NCBI GenBank assembly: GCA_043810775.1
Contig: JBDRNU010000011.1
Location: 1-54,255 of the forward strand
Direction: 5' to 3'
From: an archaeon
GTDB lineage: Archaea > Nanobdellota > Nanobdellia > Pacearchaeales > GW2011-AR1
DNA length: 54,255 nucleotides
The translations under genes were made by a program, and so were the position numbers. Below, one piece after another: positions 9,028 through 18,023 of this stretch. The notes beneath the pieces are model-generated. The model had not been told where the DNA came from and made no database searches. It saw nothing but the letters and a program-made list of their open reading frames with translations. Positions within the stretch are counted from its first letter, which is position 1; every line of letters begins with the position of its first letter.

Positions 9028-9972
9028 TTATCTTTTTGCAAAAAAATCCTGCACGTTTTTATTACCATATAATTTAAAATCAGTAATGTTTATTCCAATT
9101 TTATCCCCATATCTATCAGAAACATCTTCAGACTCTCCTTTAAAAGGATTACATTTATGTATCCTTTTTATTCTTTTATTGAAACAATAAGTTCCAGCCC
9201 AACTTAAAGTAGCTAAAGGGGCAAAATTTAATTCAACTTCAGGACTAATATAAGTGAATCCTTTTATCTCGTCTAATAATTCTTGATAAGCTCTTTGATC
9301 AGATTCTTTATAAATACTTTTTACAAGTCCTCTAATTTCATCATAGATCTTTGCATCATCAATTAAAACAGAGTTTCGCCCCACTGAAGACATATAAAGC
9401 TGACAATTAAGCGGTTTCTTAATCTCCTCAAACCTTCTCTGATACCAAGTATTTACCTTAGTATGCTCTGGTTTTTTTTGGTCAACTTCAAATTCAAGTC
9501 TAGACTTCTCCATAAGCTCAGCTTTTCTTGCTTCATCTCTTGCCAGTACTTGATCATACCAACTGGGAGTTTCTTCTTTTGTTTCCCGAGTAATAGGATT
9601 TAAAGTTTCATACTCCTTTTTTTCAGCTGGCTTAGGTTTTTCAAACTTTTCAGGTTCAGGAGGTTTAATTTTCTCTTCTAGTTTGCTCTCTTTAACAGGC
9701 TCTAATCTTGCTATTTCAGTATCTTTAGGTTCATACTGCTCCACAATAGGGGAGCTTTCATGAAACATCCTCTTTTTTATCGCATAATCCATACCACAAA
9801 CAAAGGCAAACCCAAAAAGAGCCACCAATCCAGCAGGAATTAAAGTCTTCCAATTAGGACCTTTTTTATATTTTTTAATTTCTATTGGTTCAGATAAAGA
9901 TGTTGAAGGTTCTAAATTTTTAGCTTCCCTTGCCAGTTCAGCTAGCTCTTGCTCTAGATTATCTTTTTCCAC
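9028..9972 (-). CDS. NLEQEL-leader, single-TM protein (paralog of 21244-22191)
   Basis: GTG start; KKGPNWKTLIPAGLVALFGFAFVCGMDYA; FAPLA...NKRI...NPFKGE. Confidence 0.8.
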   Translation of the reverse strand: MEKDNLEQELAELAREAKNLEPSTSLSEPIEIKKYKKGPNWKTLIPAGLVALFGFAFVCGMDYAIKKRMFHESSPIVEQYEPKDTEIARLEPVKESKLEEKIKPPEPEKFEKPKPAEKKEYETLNPITRETKEETPSWYDQVLARDEARKAELMEKSRLEFEVDQKKPEHTKVNTWYQRRFEEIKKPLNCQLYMSSVGRNSVLIDDAKIYDEIRGLVKSIYKESDQRAYQELLDEIKGFTYISPEVELNFAPLATLSWAGTYCFNKRIKRIHKCNPFKGESEDVSDRYGDKIGINITDFKLYGNKNVQDFFAKR

Positions 9973-10630
9973 TTTCTCTAATGTTCCTCCCTATAATTTC
10001 CTCAGAAGAATAAAAAGGTCTGACTCTGATTTCATCATAATAAGTAAATCCTACATTATCTTTTGGAAAAGATAAAGGTCTATAGCTAGAGGGATTAAGA
10101 ATTATATTAGGTGAAAAAGCAACAATACTTGCAATATCATGAACTAGATTTCCTGGATTAAGATGATTCTGAGTTACTTCTTCATAACCTTGGAAGAAAT
10201 TTCTCTTAATATATTCAAAGCCTTTCAATCTCTCTAAATATTCTTTTGAATAAATATTAGAATCTCTTCTAAGCTTAGAAGTTAATTCTCTAAAAAGAAT
10301 ATTCACATTATCGGGCTTATTCTGCTTGATATAGTATATTATTTTATCATCATAACTTCCATATCTTTTCTTAAATTCTGAATAAGCCATAAGATTATCA
10401 GAAGACTCAACCAAATCCTCCACCCCCTTATTCTGAAAACCTTCAATTCCAATATCTTCCACAATTGGAAATCTAGTCCATTTAACTATTCTAGAATAGA
10501 CAAAATCTCTGGTATCATGGGTTTCATAACTTGAATAAGAATTAGTCGTGATAGTTCTAGTAGCACTTGCGCATGAATTGCTTCCTATCAATATAGTTGC
10601 AAGTAGGAAATTTAGTAATTTATTTTTCAT
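9959..10630 (-). CDS. Putative lipoprotein, PY(T/S)GE family
   Basis: MKNKLLNFLLATILIGSNSC lipobox-like signal; YYDEIRVRPF C-terminus. Confidence 0.8.
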   Translation of the reverse strand: MKNKLLNFLLATILIGSNSCASATRTITTNSYSSYETHDTRDFVYSRIVKWTRFPIVEDIGIEGFQNKGVEDLVESSDNLMAYSEFKKRYGSYDDKIIYYIKQNKPDNVNILFRELTSKLRRDSNIYSKEYLERLKGFEYIKRNFFQGYEEVTQNHLNPGNLVHDIASIVAFSPNIILNPSSYRPLSFPKDNVGFTYYDEIRVRPFYSSEEIIGRNIRESGKR

Positions 10631-11268
10631 TCTACCTTAACCTCTTTATTTATTATTATCTCAGTTCCATAATAAGGGTGAACTCTAAAATCATCGTAAA
10701 ATTTTTCCCTAGTAGGTTTTTTCCTAATGCCTGATGAAGCTGATTTATCCTCTTTTAAATAAAAATATAATTGATAAGGCAACATAACAACATCCAAAGC
10801 CATTTTCTCCAATGAATAATCATACTCTTTTTTCCAAACTGCTCCAACTTCAGCATCATAATAAACTCTTTTTACATATTCAAAATTTTTTACCCTTCCC
10901 AAATAATTTTGAGCATGCTTATTAGGATCTTTCTTCAATTCATCAACCAAAGCCATAAAAGTTTTATTCCCTCTATCTAATCTCTCATTTGAATAATGAT
11001 CTATAATCTCTTCAACACCAGCAGAATATTTTTTTCTAAACTCAATATACTCTAAATAATCATCAGTAGTTTCAATTAATATCTCCACATTACTTGAACT
11101 TAAAGAAGAGGCATTAGTAATGCTAATGTCAGTAACAGAAACTATATCAAATCCCAAGACATCGCTTTTTTCAACTTTCTTATCTCTTGGACCAGAGTAG
11201 GTAGTAGTACACGAAGTGCTCACAGCTAAAGTGAGTGCAAGTAGAAAATTTAGTAATTTACTTTTCAT
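10627..11268 (-). CDS. Putative lipoprotein, PY(T/S)GE family
   Basis: MKSKLLNFLLALTLAVSTSC; LIETTDDYL; FYDDFRVHPYYG; ends VKVE. Confidence 0.8.
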   Translation of the reverse strand: MKSKLLNFLLALTLAVSTSCTTTYSGPRDKKVEKSDVLGFDIVSVTDISITNASSLSSSNVEILIETTDDYLEYIEFRKKYSAGVEEIIDHYSNERLDRGNKTFMALVDELKKDPNKHAQNYLGRVKNFEYVKRVYYDAEVGAVWKKEYDYSLEKMALDVVMLPYQLYFYLKEDKSASSGIRKKPTREKFYDDFRVHPYYGTEIIINKEVKVE

Positions 11269-11906
11269 TCTACCTTAACCCTCTCCCTTACAACTTCCTC
11301 TTCCCCAGTATAAGGTCTGACTCTGATTTCATCATAATATTTCTCTTTAAGAACATTTTTTGAATACGAACCAGAACTAGTTTCCTTAAAAAATAAAAGA
11401 TAAAATGGTTGCCAAGGTATACCTGCAATATCCATAATAATTTCATCCCAAGTATAATTTTTATCCTGCTCCCAACCTTCTCCAATTTCAGCAGAATAAA
11501 ACACCCTTTTAGTATATTCAAATTCTTTTATTTTCTCCAGATACTGCTGAGCATATTGATTATTATCCTTTCCAAGTTTTTTAGATAATATCATGACTAA
11601 CTTATTAGCTTCGTCAAACTTATTTTTTTTGAGAAACTCTAATATATCCACAGCATCGTCAGAATACTCCTGCCTAAATTCAATATATCCTAAATAGCTA
11701 TCAGTAGTCTCAATCAAGCCTTCAACTCCTTTTTTCTTAGGAGGTTCTAAGCTTATTGAAATATCTTCTGCCGAAATAAAGTCATAAGTTAAAATATTTG
11801 TGCTTTGAACTTCCTTATTTCTAGGAGCATCATATATAGTGGTAGCGCATGAAGTAGTTCCAACCAATATAGTTGCAAGTAGGAAATTTAGTAATTTATT
11901 TTTCAT
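11265..11906 (-). CDS. Putative lipoprotein, PY(T/S)GE family
   Basis: MKNKLLNFLLATILVGTTSC; GVEGLIETTD; YYDEIRVRPYTGEEE; ends ERVKVE. Confidence 0.8.
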   Translation of the reverse strand: MKNKLLNFLLATILVGTTSCATTIYDAPRNKEVQSTNILTYDFISAEDISISLEPPKKKGVEGLIETTDSYLGYIEFRQEYSDDAVDILEFLKKNKFDEANKLVMILSKKLGKDNNQYAQQYLEKIKEFEYTKRVFYSAEIGEGWEQDKNYTWDEIIMDIAGIPWQPFYLLFFKETSSGSYSKNVLKEKYYDEIRVRPYTGEEEVVRERVKVE

Positions 11907-11909
11907 TCT
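11838..11909. repeat. 72-bp exact direct repeat (second copy 13203-13274) encoding the lipoprotein signal MKNKLLNFLLATILVGTTSCATT
   Basis: Base-by-base comparison of the two copies; degenerate copies lie at the starts of the 9959, 10627, 11903 and 15590 ORFs. Confidence 0.9.
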
Positions 11910-12559
11910 ACTTTTACTCTCTCCCTAATAATTGTTTTTTTTCCACTATAAGGATTGATTTGTACTTCATCATAATACTTATGTATAATCTCTTTTTCTT
12001 CAAGATAAGGAATGTCATTTATATCCCACTCACCAAATAGAATACCCCAAGCAAAAGCATAAGTCATTAATAAATGTGAAGGAGTATCTAACAAACTAAA
12101 ATCATCAGTAAATCCAGTCTTCCTTCCAATTTTCATATCATAATAAACTTTCTTCTTATATTCAAAATTCTTTATCCTTTCTAAGTAATCATGTGCATAA
12201 ATATTATCATCACACTCAAGTTTATCAGCCAATCCTCTAACTAAAATATGTGCTTCAATAAAATCATTATTTTCTAAACTCTCCTGAATTCTAATAGGAT
12301 ATCCATAATACTCTTGTCTAAATTCAAGATAATCTAAATAATCCTCTGTAGTCTCAATCAAACCCTCAACTCCTTCCTGATTAGGAGACATCAAACTTAT
12401 AGAGATATCTTCTGAAGAAGTAAAATTATGATCAGTCATTTGAAGATCAAAAGTTCCCTCACGTTTAGGAATCTGATAAATAGTAGCACACGAAGTAGTT
12501 CCTACTAACAAGCATGCAAGTAAAAATGTGAATAATTTAGTTTTCATTTTATTTTTCAA
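11903..12559 (-). CDS. Putative lipoprotein, PY(T/S)GE family
   Basis: LFTFLLACLLVGTTSC; GVEGLIETTEDYL; YYDEVQINPYSG; ends ERVKVE. Confidence 0.8.
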   Translation of the reverse strand: MKNKMKTKLFTFLLACLLVGTTSCATIYQIPKREGTFDLQMTDHNFTSSEDISISLMSPNQEGVEGLIETTEDYLDYLEFRQEYYGYPIRIQESLENNDFIEAHILVRGLADKLECDDNIYAHDYLERIKNFEYKKKVYYDMKIGRKTGFTDDFSLLDTPSHLLMTYAFAWGILFGEWDINDIPYLEEKEIIHKYYDEVQINPYSGKKTIIRERVKVE

Positions 12560-13271
12560 ATCTCTCTTGCTCCCTTAAAAAAGATTGTAAATCATAATCA
12601 TCAAATTTAAAACCATCACGAGGAATCTTATTTTCAAAAACATCAAGACTCATACCAATAAATTGAGGATATGACTCTGAAATATCAGTTGTCTCTCCAG
12701 TATAAGGATTGTACCTGTAAAATCCTACAACTGTAGAATTATCCGGATATGCTTCTGAATCAAGCAAGCTTTTAACCATCTTCCCCCCAAAAGTATATCC
12801 AAGATTTAATCTGACATTATAATACTCAAATTCCCTTATTTCATTAATTAAAGGAAGAAAGCACTCCAAACACTTTTCCTCAGAGATGGTTGCTAACAAA
12901 GAATAAACATATCTAGTAATTTGGTTATCGTCAATGTAAGTTATTTGCTTTTCCTCAATATCATTATAATCATAATCGTCATTTAATCTATTCTGAATCC
13001 TATTAAACTCTCCCCTAAAAACCCTCATCCTTCCAGAACTCTCAAAAATCTCATCTAATTTCTCAATACTATGATCAAGCTCACTTATTAATTCATCTAC
13101 TCTCTCTTTTTTTGGAGGCCTTACTCTTGTCTTTTTTTGTGCAGGTTCTTCAAGTGGAAGTGAACTTATTTTTGAGACTTCCTCATTTCCATTAGTAGGA
13201 TAAGTGGTAGCGCATGAAGTAGTTCCAACCAATATAGTTGCAAGTAGGAAATTTAGTAATTTATTTTTCAT
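12549..13271 (-). CDS. Putative lipoprotein with body related to 9028/21244 paralogs
   Basis: Signal identical to that of 11265; IREFEYY...YNPYTGETTDISESY aligns with IKGFTYI...CNPFKGESEDVSDRY of 9028. Confidence 0.8.
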   Translation of the reverse strand: MKNKLLNFLLATILVGTTSCATTYPTNGNEEVSKISSLPLEEPAQKKTRVRPPKKERVDELISELDHSIEKLDEIFESSGRMRVFRGEFNRIQNRLNDDYDYNDIEEKQITYIDDNQITRYVYSLLATISEEKCLECFLPLINEIREFEYYNVRLNLGYTFGGKMVKSLLDSEAYPDNSTVVGFYRYNPYTGETTDISESYPQFIGMSLDVFENKIPRDGFKFDDYDLQSFLREQERFEK

Positions 13272-14071
13272 TCTTCTTCCCTCAAAACTTTTTCAATTCG
13301 AGATATCCCATCAGCATCTTGTTTTTTCCTTATTTCTTCCATTTTTTCATCTTCCTTAATCACTCCACCTGATTTCTTAAACTGGTATCTCTTTATAGCA
13401 GATGAGTAAATTCCATAATCCCAAGAGTTAATACGTGGAGATTTTAATTTCCTTGATAATTTGACTGCTTTTTCACAATGCTCAATTGCATCATCAAAAT
13501 TCCCCCTAAGAGCATCAATCTTTGAAAGTGTAAAATAAAGGGCAGGACAATCATCATTATAACATACAGCTCTTTCAGGGTTCTTACCTTTGCTTGCATA
13601 CGACTCAATAGCTTTACAATTTCCAGTAGATTCACATTCATCATGAAATTCTAAAGATTTTCTAATCATTTTCTCAGCTCTATCTAAATACCTATAATCG
13701 TAAAAAAGTTCAGCTAAATTACTATAAACAGGTAAGCAGTCTGGGTCTAGTTCTAAAGCTTTCTTATATTCTCTTAAAGCCTCATCTGGCCTTTTGCTTA
13801 CCAAACTAAATCCTTTATTATTATGTTGAATTGCTTCATCAACTATTTTATGTTTTCTTCTTTCCTCTTTAATCCTTCCTTCAATTCTATTAATGTACTC
13901 ATCTATTTCTCTTATTAGTCTGTCTATATCTTGATTTGATTGTACCAAGTAAATTCTGGTTTGATCCTGCTCTAAATTCCTTTCCAAGACCCTCTCTAAC
14001 TCTCCCGCCTCCACCCTCCCACCAGCTAATAAAACTCCTGCAAATACTAAGGGAATTAATTTATTTTTCAT
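13268..14071 (-). CDS. Secreted TPR protein
   Basis: Signal MKNKLIPLVFAGVLLAGGRVEA; TPR motifs EALREYKKALELDPDCLPVYSNLA and DDAIEHCEKAVKL. Confidence 0.8.
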   Translation of the reverse strand: MKNKLIPLVFAGVLLAGGRVEAGELERVLERNLEQDQTRIYLVQSNQDIDRLIREIDEYINRIEGRIKEERRKHKIVDEAIQHNNKGFSLVSKRPDEALREYKKALELDPDCLPVYSNLAELFYDYRYLDRAEKMIRKSLEFHDECESTGNCKAIESYASKGKNPERAVCYNDDCPALYFTLSKIDALRGNFDDAIEHCEKAVKLSRKLKSPRINSWDYGIYSSAIKRYQFKKSGGVIKEDEKMEEIRKKQDADGISRIEKVLREEE

Positions 14072-14077
14072 TCTACT
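14024..14077. repeat. 54-bp exact direct repeat (second copy 15546-15599) encoding VE-stop/MKNKLIPLVFAGVLLA
   Basis: agctaataaaactcctgcaaatactaagggaattaatttatttttcattctact at both positions; spans a gene junction. Confidence 0.9.
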
Positions 14078-14745
14078 TTTACTCTCTCCTTTAATATTTC
14101 TTCTTCTCCCGTATAAGGTCTGACTCTGATTTCATCATAATAATAAACAACAATAGGTGACATTTCAAAACCTTTCTTTCTGAGTTTTTCTATCATAGGT
14201 TCAATAAATTCTTCGTTACCAGAATAATAATTAAAAGTAGATTTCTCATAATAAGAAGACTCAGAAGTTACTCTACTCTTCTCCCATATTTCACCTACAT
14301 CAGCAGAATAATAATCTCTCCTCACATATTCAAAATTCTTAATTGTCTCAAAATATTGTTGAGCATAAGGATTTTCATCTTTTTGAAGTATCCTCCCCAA
14401 ATCTCTCACTTGCCTATCTAGTGTAGATAAGTTATTTCGTCTTTCAGAGCAATTTTTAATAATATTAGTAATCCTCACAGCATCATCAGAATACTTCTTT
14501 CTAAATTCAATATATTCTAAGTAATTATCAGTAGTCTCAATTAATCCTTCAACTCCTGTTTGTTTTGGAGGTTCTAAGCTTATAGAAATATCTCCAGCTG
14601 ATACAATTTCACTATGCTGAATTATAACCTCTGCCTTTAACTGAATATTTCTTGGAGTAGGGGTAACTCTCTCACAGGAAGCACTCCCAGTCAAAACAGC
14701 TGCAAATAACAAAGCTGTTAGACTTTTTCCCATTGTAAACTTCAT
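14068..14745 (-). CDS. Putative lipoprotein, PY(T/S)GE family, with a different signal peptide
   Basis: LLFAAVLTGSASC; body close to 15590; YYDEIRVRPYTGEEEILKERVKVE. Confidence 0.8.
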   Translation of the reverse strand: MKFTMGKSLTALLFAAVLTGSASCERVTPTPRNIQLKAEVIIQHSEIVSAGDISISLEPPKQTGVEGLIETTDNYLEYIEFRKKYSDDAVRITNIIKNCSERRNNLSTLDRQVRDLGRILQKDENPYAQQYFETIKNFEYVRRDYYSADVGEIWEKSRVTSESSYYEKSTFNYYSGNEEFIEPMIEKLRKKGFEMSPIVVYYYDEIRVRPYTGEEEILKERVKVE

Positions 14746-15593
14746 CTCAAACCCCTCCCTAAATATCTATCACTAAATAAAGTATCTTTATACCCTACAC
14801 ACAAATCTCTATATCCTCTCAGCTCCTTTTGCAAATCTTCTAAATCCCTGACACTCTGATTAGGATATCTTAATTCCTCCCCAATAACAGCTATCCTATC
14901 ATTATATTGCTGATATCTACTTTCAGCTAGTTGTTTTAATTTAGAATAAACTTCTTCCCTGGTATCAATCACAGATGAGCATAAAGCCTTGTTATAAGAA
15001 TAAGGCTCCTGAGTAATTAACACAGACATCTTCTGCAATAACTGATCATAACTTATCAATCTATCAATATTTTCTTCCTTAATATCTTTCTCATATGATA
15101 CTGCTATTTTCTTAAAATCATCTACTAACTCCTGAATCTTCTTTAACTCTGGAACTATTACTTGAGATTTATAGCTTGAAACAGAATCTCTTAAATTACT
15201 AATTCCCTGATACCCTTGAACTCTACTAACAACTTGCGAATCATAATCAGGGCTAAAGCTATTTAATCTTGAGCTTAATTCTTCATGCAAGCGGCTAGAT
15301 TCATAATAATCTTTTTTTTCTACAGCTCTCTTTACCATAAAAAACTGCTGACTTAACTCTCGAACAGTGCTCTCTTCTTTCTTTATACCCTCCTCTTCAA
15401 CTTTAACTATTTTTTTTGATAACTCGCCAATGTATTCATCAACTGTTATTATTAAAGTATTAATTTCCGAACTAGCTTCTATCTGATTATTACTAAGGGG
15501 AATGCCTTGAAGCGCTTTTTCCAACTCCCCTGCCTCCACCCTGCTAGCTAATAAAACTCCTGCAAATACTAAGGGAATTAATTTATTTTTCAT
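14742..15593 (-). CDS. Secreted helical/coiled-coil protein (related to C-terminal part of 16318)
   Basis: Signal MKNKLIPLVFAGVLLASRVEA; ends LFSDRYLGRGLR, versus LFSERYL in 16318. Confidence 0.78.
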   Translation of the reverse strand: MKNKLIPLVFAGVLLASRVEAGELEKALQGIPLSNNQIEASSEINTLIITVDEYIGELSKKIVKVEEEGIKKEESTVRELSQQFFMVKRAVEKKDYYESSRLHEELSSRLNSFSPDYDSQVVSRVQGYQGISNLRDSVSSYKSQVIVPELKKIQELVDDFKKIAVSYEKDIKEENIDRLISYDQLLQKMSVLITQEPYSYNKALCSSVIDTREEVYSKLKQLAESRYQQYNDRIAVIGEELRYPNQSVRDLEDLQKELRGYRDLCVGYKDTLFSDRYLGRGLR

Positions 15594-16321
15594 TCTACTC
15601 TAACTCTCTCCTTTAGAACTTCTTCATCTCCAGTAAAAGGTCTGACTCTGAATTCATTATAATACTTTTTTTGAACAGTGCTTCTAGTAGTTGGACGAGG
15701 GTCATAATTTTCACTAGATCCACCTTTCTTTACATGATCCCATTGTTCAGAGAACGCTTTTCTTTCCTCAGGTAAGATCAAAAGAGGAATCTCTACAGCA
15801 GTGTAAATTCCCATAAAAGTAGCAGCATGAACAAAAGCCAGAGGATTAAACCTTTTATTAAGATTACCCCTCTCTCCAATTTCAGCAGAATAATAATCTC
15901 TCCTAATATATTCAAAATCTTTAATCTTTTCAAAATACTGCTGTGCATATTGGTTTTCATCATTCTCAAGTCTTTTTCCTAAATCTCTTACTAATTTATC
16001 AACTGAAACTAAGGAATCTAATCCTTTAGAGCAATTTTCAATAACAGTCATTATATCCTTTGCATCTTTGGAATACTCTTTCCTAAATTCAATATATTCT
16101 AGATAATTGTCAGTAGTTTCAATTAAGCCTTCTACTCCTTGATTTTTTGGAGCTTCTAAACTGATAGAAATATCTTCAGCAGATATAACTTCACTATGTT
16201 GAAAAATATTTTCATCATACTGCCTGACATTTCTAGGGCTAGAATAAGTAGTAGCGCAGGAAGTGGCTCCAACTAGAGTAAGTGCAAGCAGGAAATTTAG
16301 TAGTTTATTTTGATTCATCAT
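15590..16321 (-). CDS. Putative lipoprotein, PY(T/S)GE family
   Basis: NKLLNFLLALTLVGATSC; long hydrophobic insert; YYNEFRVRPFTGDEE. Confidence 0.8.
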   Translation of the reverse strand: MMNQNKLLNFLLALTLVGATSCATTYSSPRNVRQYDENIFQHSEVISAEDISISLEAPKNQGVEGLIETTDNYLEYIEFRKEYSKDAKDIMTVIENCSKGLDSLVSVDKLVRDLGKRLENDENQYAQQYFEKIKDFEYIRRDYYSAEIGERGNLNKRFNPLAFVHAATFMGIYTAVEIPLLILPEERKAFSEQWDHVKKGGSSENYDPRPTTRSTVQKKYYNEFRVRPFTGDEEVLKERVRVE

Positions 16322-17481
16322 AAATACCTCTCACTGAATAGGGGAACAGGATTCCTAGTATATTTTTCCATTTCAGATTTCACACTTGCTAATTCATTTC
16401 TTAATGATTTTAATTCATCTGCACTTAAATCATTCCTGCTGATTCTCTTTCCTAAATCACTAATTTTTGTTTCATACTCTCTCTGCTTAACTCTAGCGAA
16501 TGTTCTTAAAACCAATACTACAGCTACATACTGCTTTTGAAATTTAGGTTTTAGTTCAGGATAATCACTAACTAAAGAACTTTGAAGCACAGAAGACAGT
16601 TCATTATCAACTCTGATTAAATTTGCAATATCTCTTCCAATAATATACTTATCATAATTTTGAGAAGCTTGCTGCAACTCAGCACTAATTTCAGATATTC
16701 TTGCTGTATGAGTTCCTAACTGGGTTTTTCTATATTCCTGAATTACATCACTAAAAGAATTTAAGCTACTAATTCCATTTTCTCTTAATTTCCTATTAAG
16801 CTCCGAATTCTCAGTTAAAAATGCTTTATTATCATAAACCAAAGAATTACTAGTTAATTGAGATAATAAAGATTCAATTGCAGCATCTGCTTCAGCATAA
16901 TACTTCCTATTAGCTGACTGTTTAGCTGAATCAAATTTATCCAAAAGTTTTGCAACTAGATCTTGCTCAGCTTTAATGCCTTTGAGATGGGCTTGTTCAA
17001 TCTCCCTAACCCTAGATTCCTTATCTCCAAACTGGACTCTTTCGCAAAAAGCCATTAATTCATCTAAATTATTTTTCCTCTCCTTATAATCTTTTTTTAA
17101 AGATATCTTGGACAATTCTGTAGAAACTTTTGAGCTTATAGTAGTATCAATTTTTTCATCTAGCTTGCCATAATCAGGAAGCAGCCCTAATTCAATTGCT
17201 TTTTTATCTTCACTTGCATCATCAATTAATCTTTCAATCTCTTCATCAGCTAAGTCTAGTTTACCTTCTTCTAAAAGGAATGAGGCAGTGTCATATCGAG
17301 TTTTATAATCTCTAATTTTCCTTTCATCTAAAGAGCTTCTAACTTGCGGAAGAGATAGTATTCCTACGCTTAATATTCCTACAGCAGCTAAACCTGTAAT
17401 TAGCTTAGCTAAAGGAAATTTTGGCTTTTTCTCTTCAATGCCCATCAATTCAACCAAATCTTTTTCTAAACTATCTTTCAT
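16318..17481 (-). CDS. Leader (DSLEKDLVEL), single-TM coiled-coil protein
   Basis: Leader variant, TM LITGLAAVGILSVGILSL, helical body. Confidence 0.8.
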   Translation of the reverse strand: MKDSLEKDLVELMGIEEKKPKFPLAKLITGLAAVGILSVGILSLPQVRSSLDERKIRDYKTRYDTASFLLEEGKLDLADEEIERLIDDASEDKKAIELGLLPDYGKLDEKIDTTISSKVSTELSKISLKKDYKERKNNLDELMAFCERVQFGDKESRVREIEQAHLKGIKAEQDLVAKLLDKFDSAKQSANRKYYAEADAAIESLLSQLTSNSLVYDNKAFLTENSELNRKLRENGISSLNSFSDVIQEYRKTQLGTHTARISEISAELQQASQNYDKYIIGRDIANLIRVDNELSSVLQSSLVSDYPELKPKFQKQYVAVVLVLRTFARVKQREYETKISDLGKRISRNDLSADELKSLRNELASVKSEMEKYTRNPVPLFSERYL

Positions 17482-17950
17482 TTTGCCCCCTTATTTTATT
17501 ATAAAATTTAACTGTGGCTTGAGCATTATAAACTACATTCGCACTATAACAAGAAAAACTAAAATTAGAAAATTGAGCTTGAAAATCAACAGAATCACTA
17601 ATCTTTAAAGCTGAATGATTTCTCTCTCTCGCTTCTTCTAAAGCCTTCTTCTCAAGTTTTTCTTTTAATTTTGCTAAGTGTTCTGCTTCAGCTTTAATAT
17701 AAAACTTTTGAGTCCCAAATGCTCTATCTATAATGTTTCCATGTATATAGTGAAACATTTGACCAGCTGGAGGGGTTCGAGCAGGTACTAAATCAACTTT
17801 ATTACGAATTGAAGTGACACTAATTCCTTTAGTAAGAACATTCTCATAGTCTTCTGGAACTTGATCTCTCCCAAAAAACATAATCGGTTGACTCACTTCA
17901 TCCTCTACTTCTCCAAGTTTCGTTAACTCTTCTTCAAGATTTTCTCCCAT
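17471..17950 (-). CDS. NLEEEL-leader small alpha/beta protein (family with 19034, 20005)
   Basis: PIMFF...KALEEARERNHSAL...YNAQATVKFY shared with paralogs; SD-like GGAG upstream. Confidence 0.78.
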   Translation of the reverse strand: MGENLEEELTKLGEVEDEVSQPIMFFGRDQVPEDYENVLTKGISVTSIRNKVDLVPARTPPAGQMFHYIHGNIIDRAFGTQKFYIKAEAEHLAKLKEKLEKKALEEARERNHSALKISDSVDFQAQFSNFSFSCYSANVVYNAQATVKFYNKIRGQNER

Positions 17951-18023
17951 TTGAATCTCCTATCACCTCTTTCGCCTCTCTCTCCAATTGACTCAATTCT
18001 TTTTCTAAGTTTTTATTTTCCAT
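17934..18023 (-). CDS. 29-aa leader-only mini-ORF MENKNLEKELSQLEREAKEVIGDSNGRKS
   Basis: Manually translated; fills the gap between 18013 and 17950, overlaps both neighbours and carries the family leader. Confidence 0.65.
   Translation of the reverse strand: MENKNLEKELSQLEREAKEVIGDSNGRKS

Noticed and set aside
9959-16321. Regularly recurring repeats as a CRISPR array
   Set aside because: Repeats are protein-coding, 600 bp or more apart and of several types; no cas genes.
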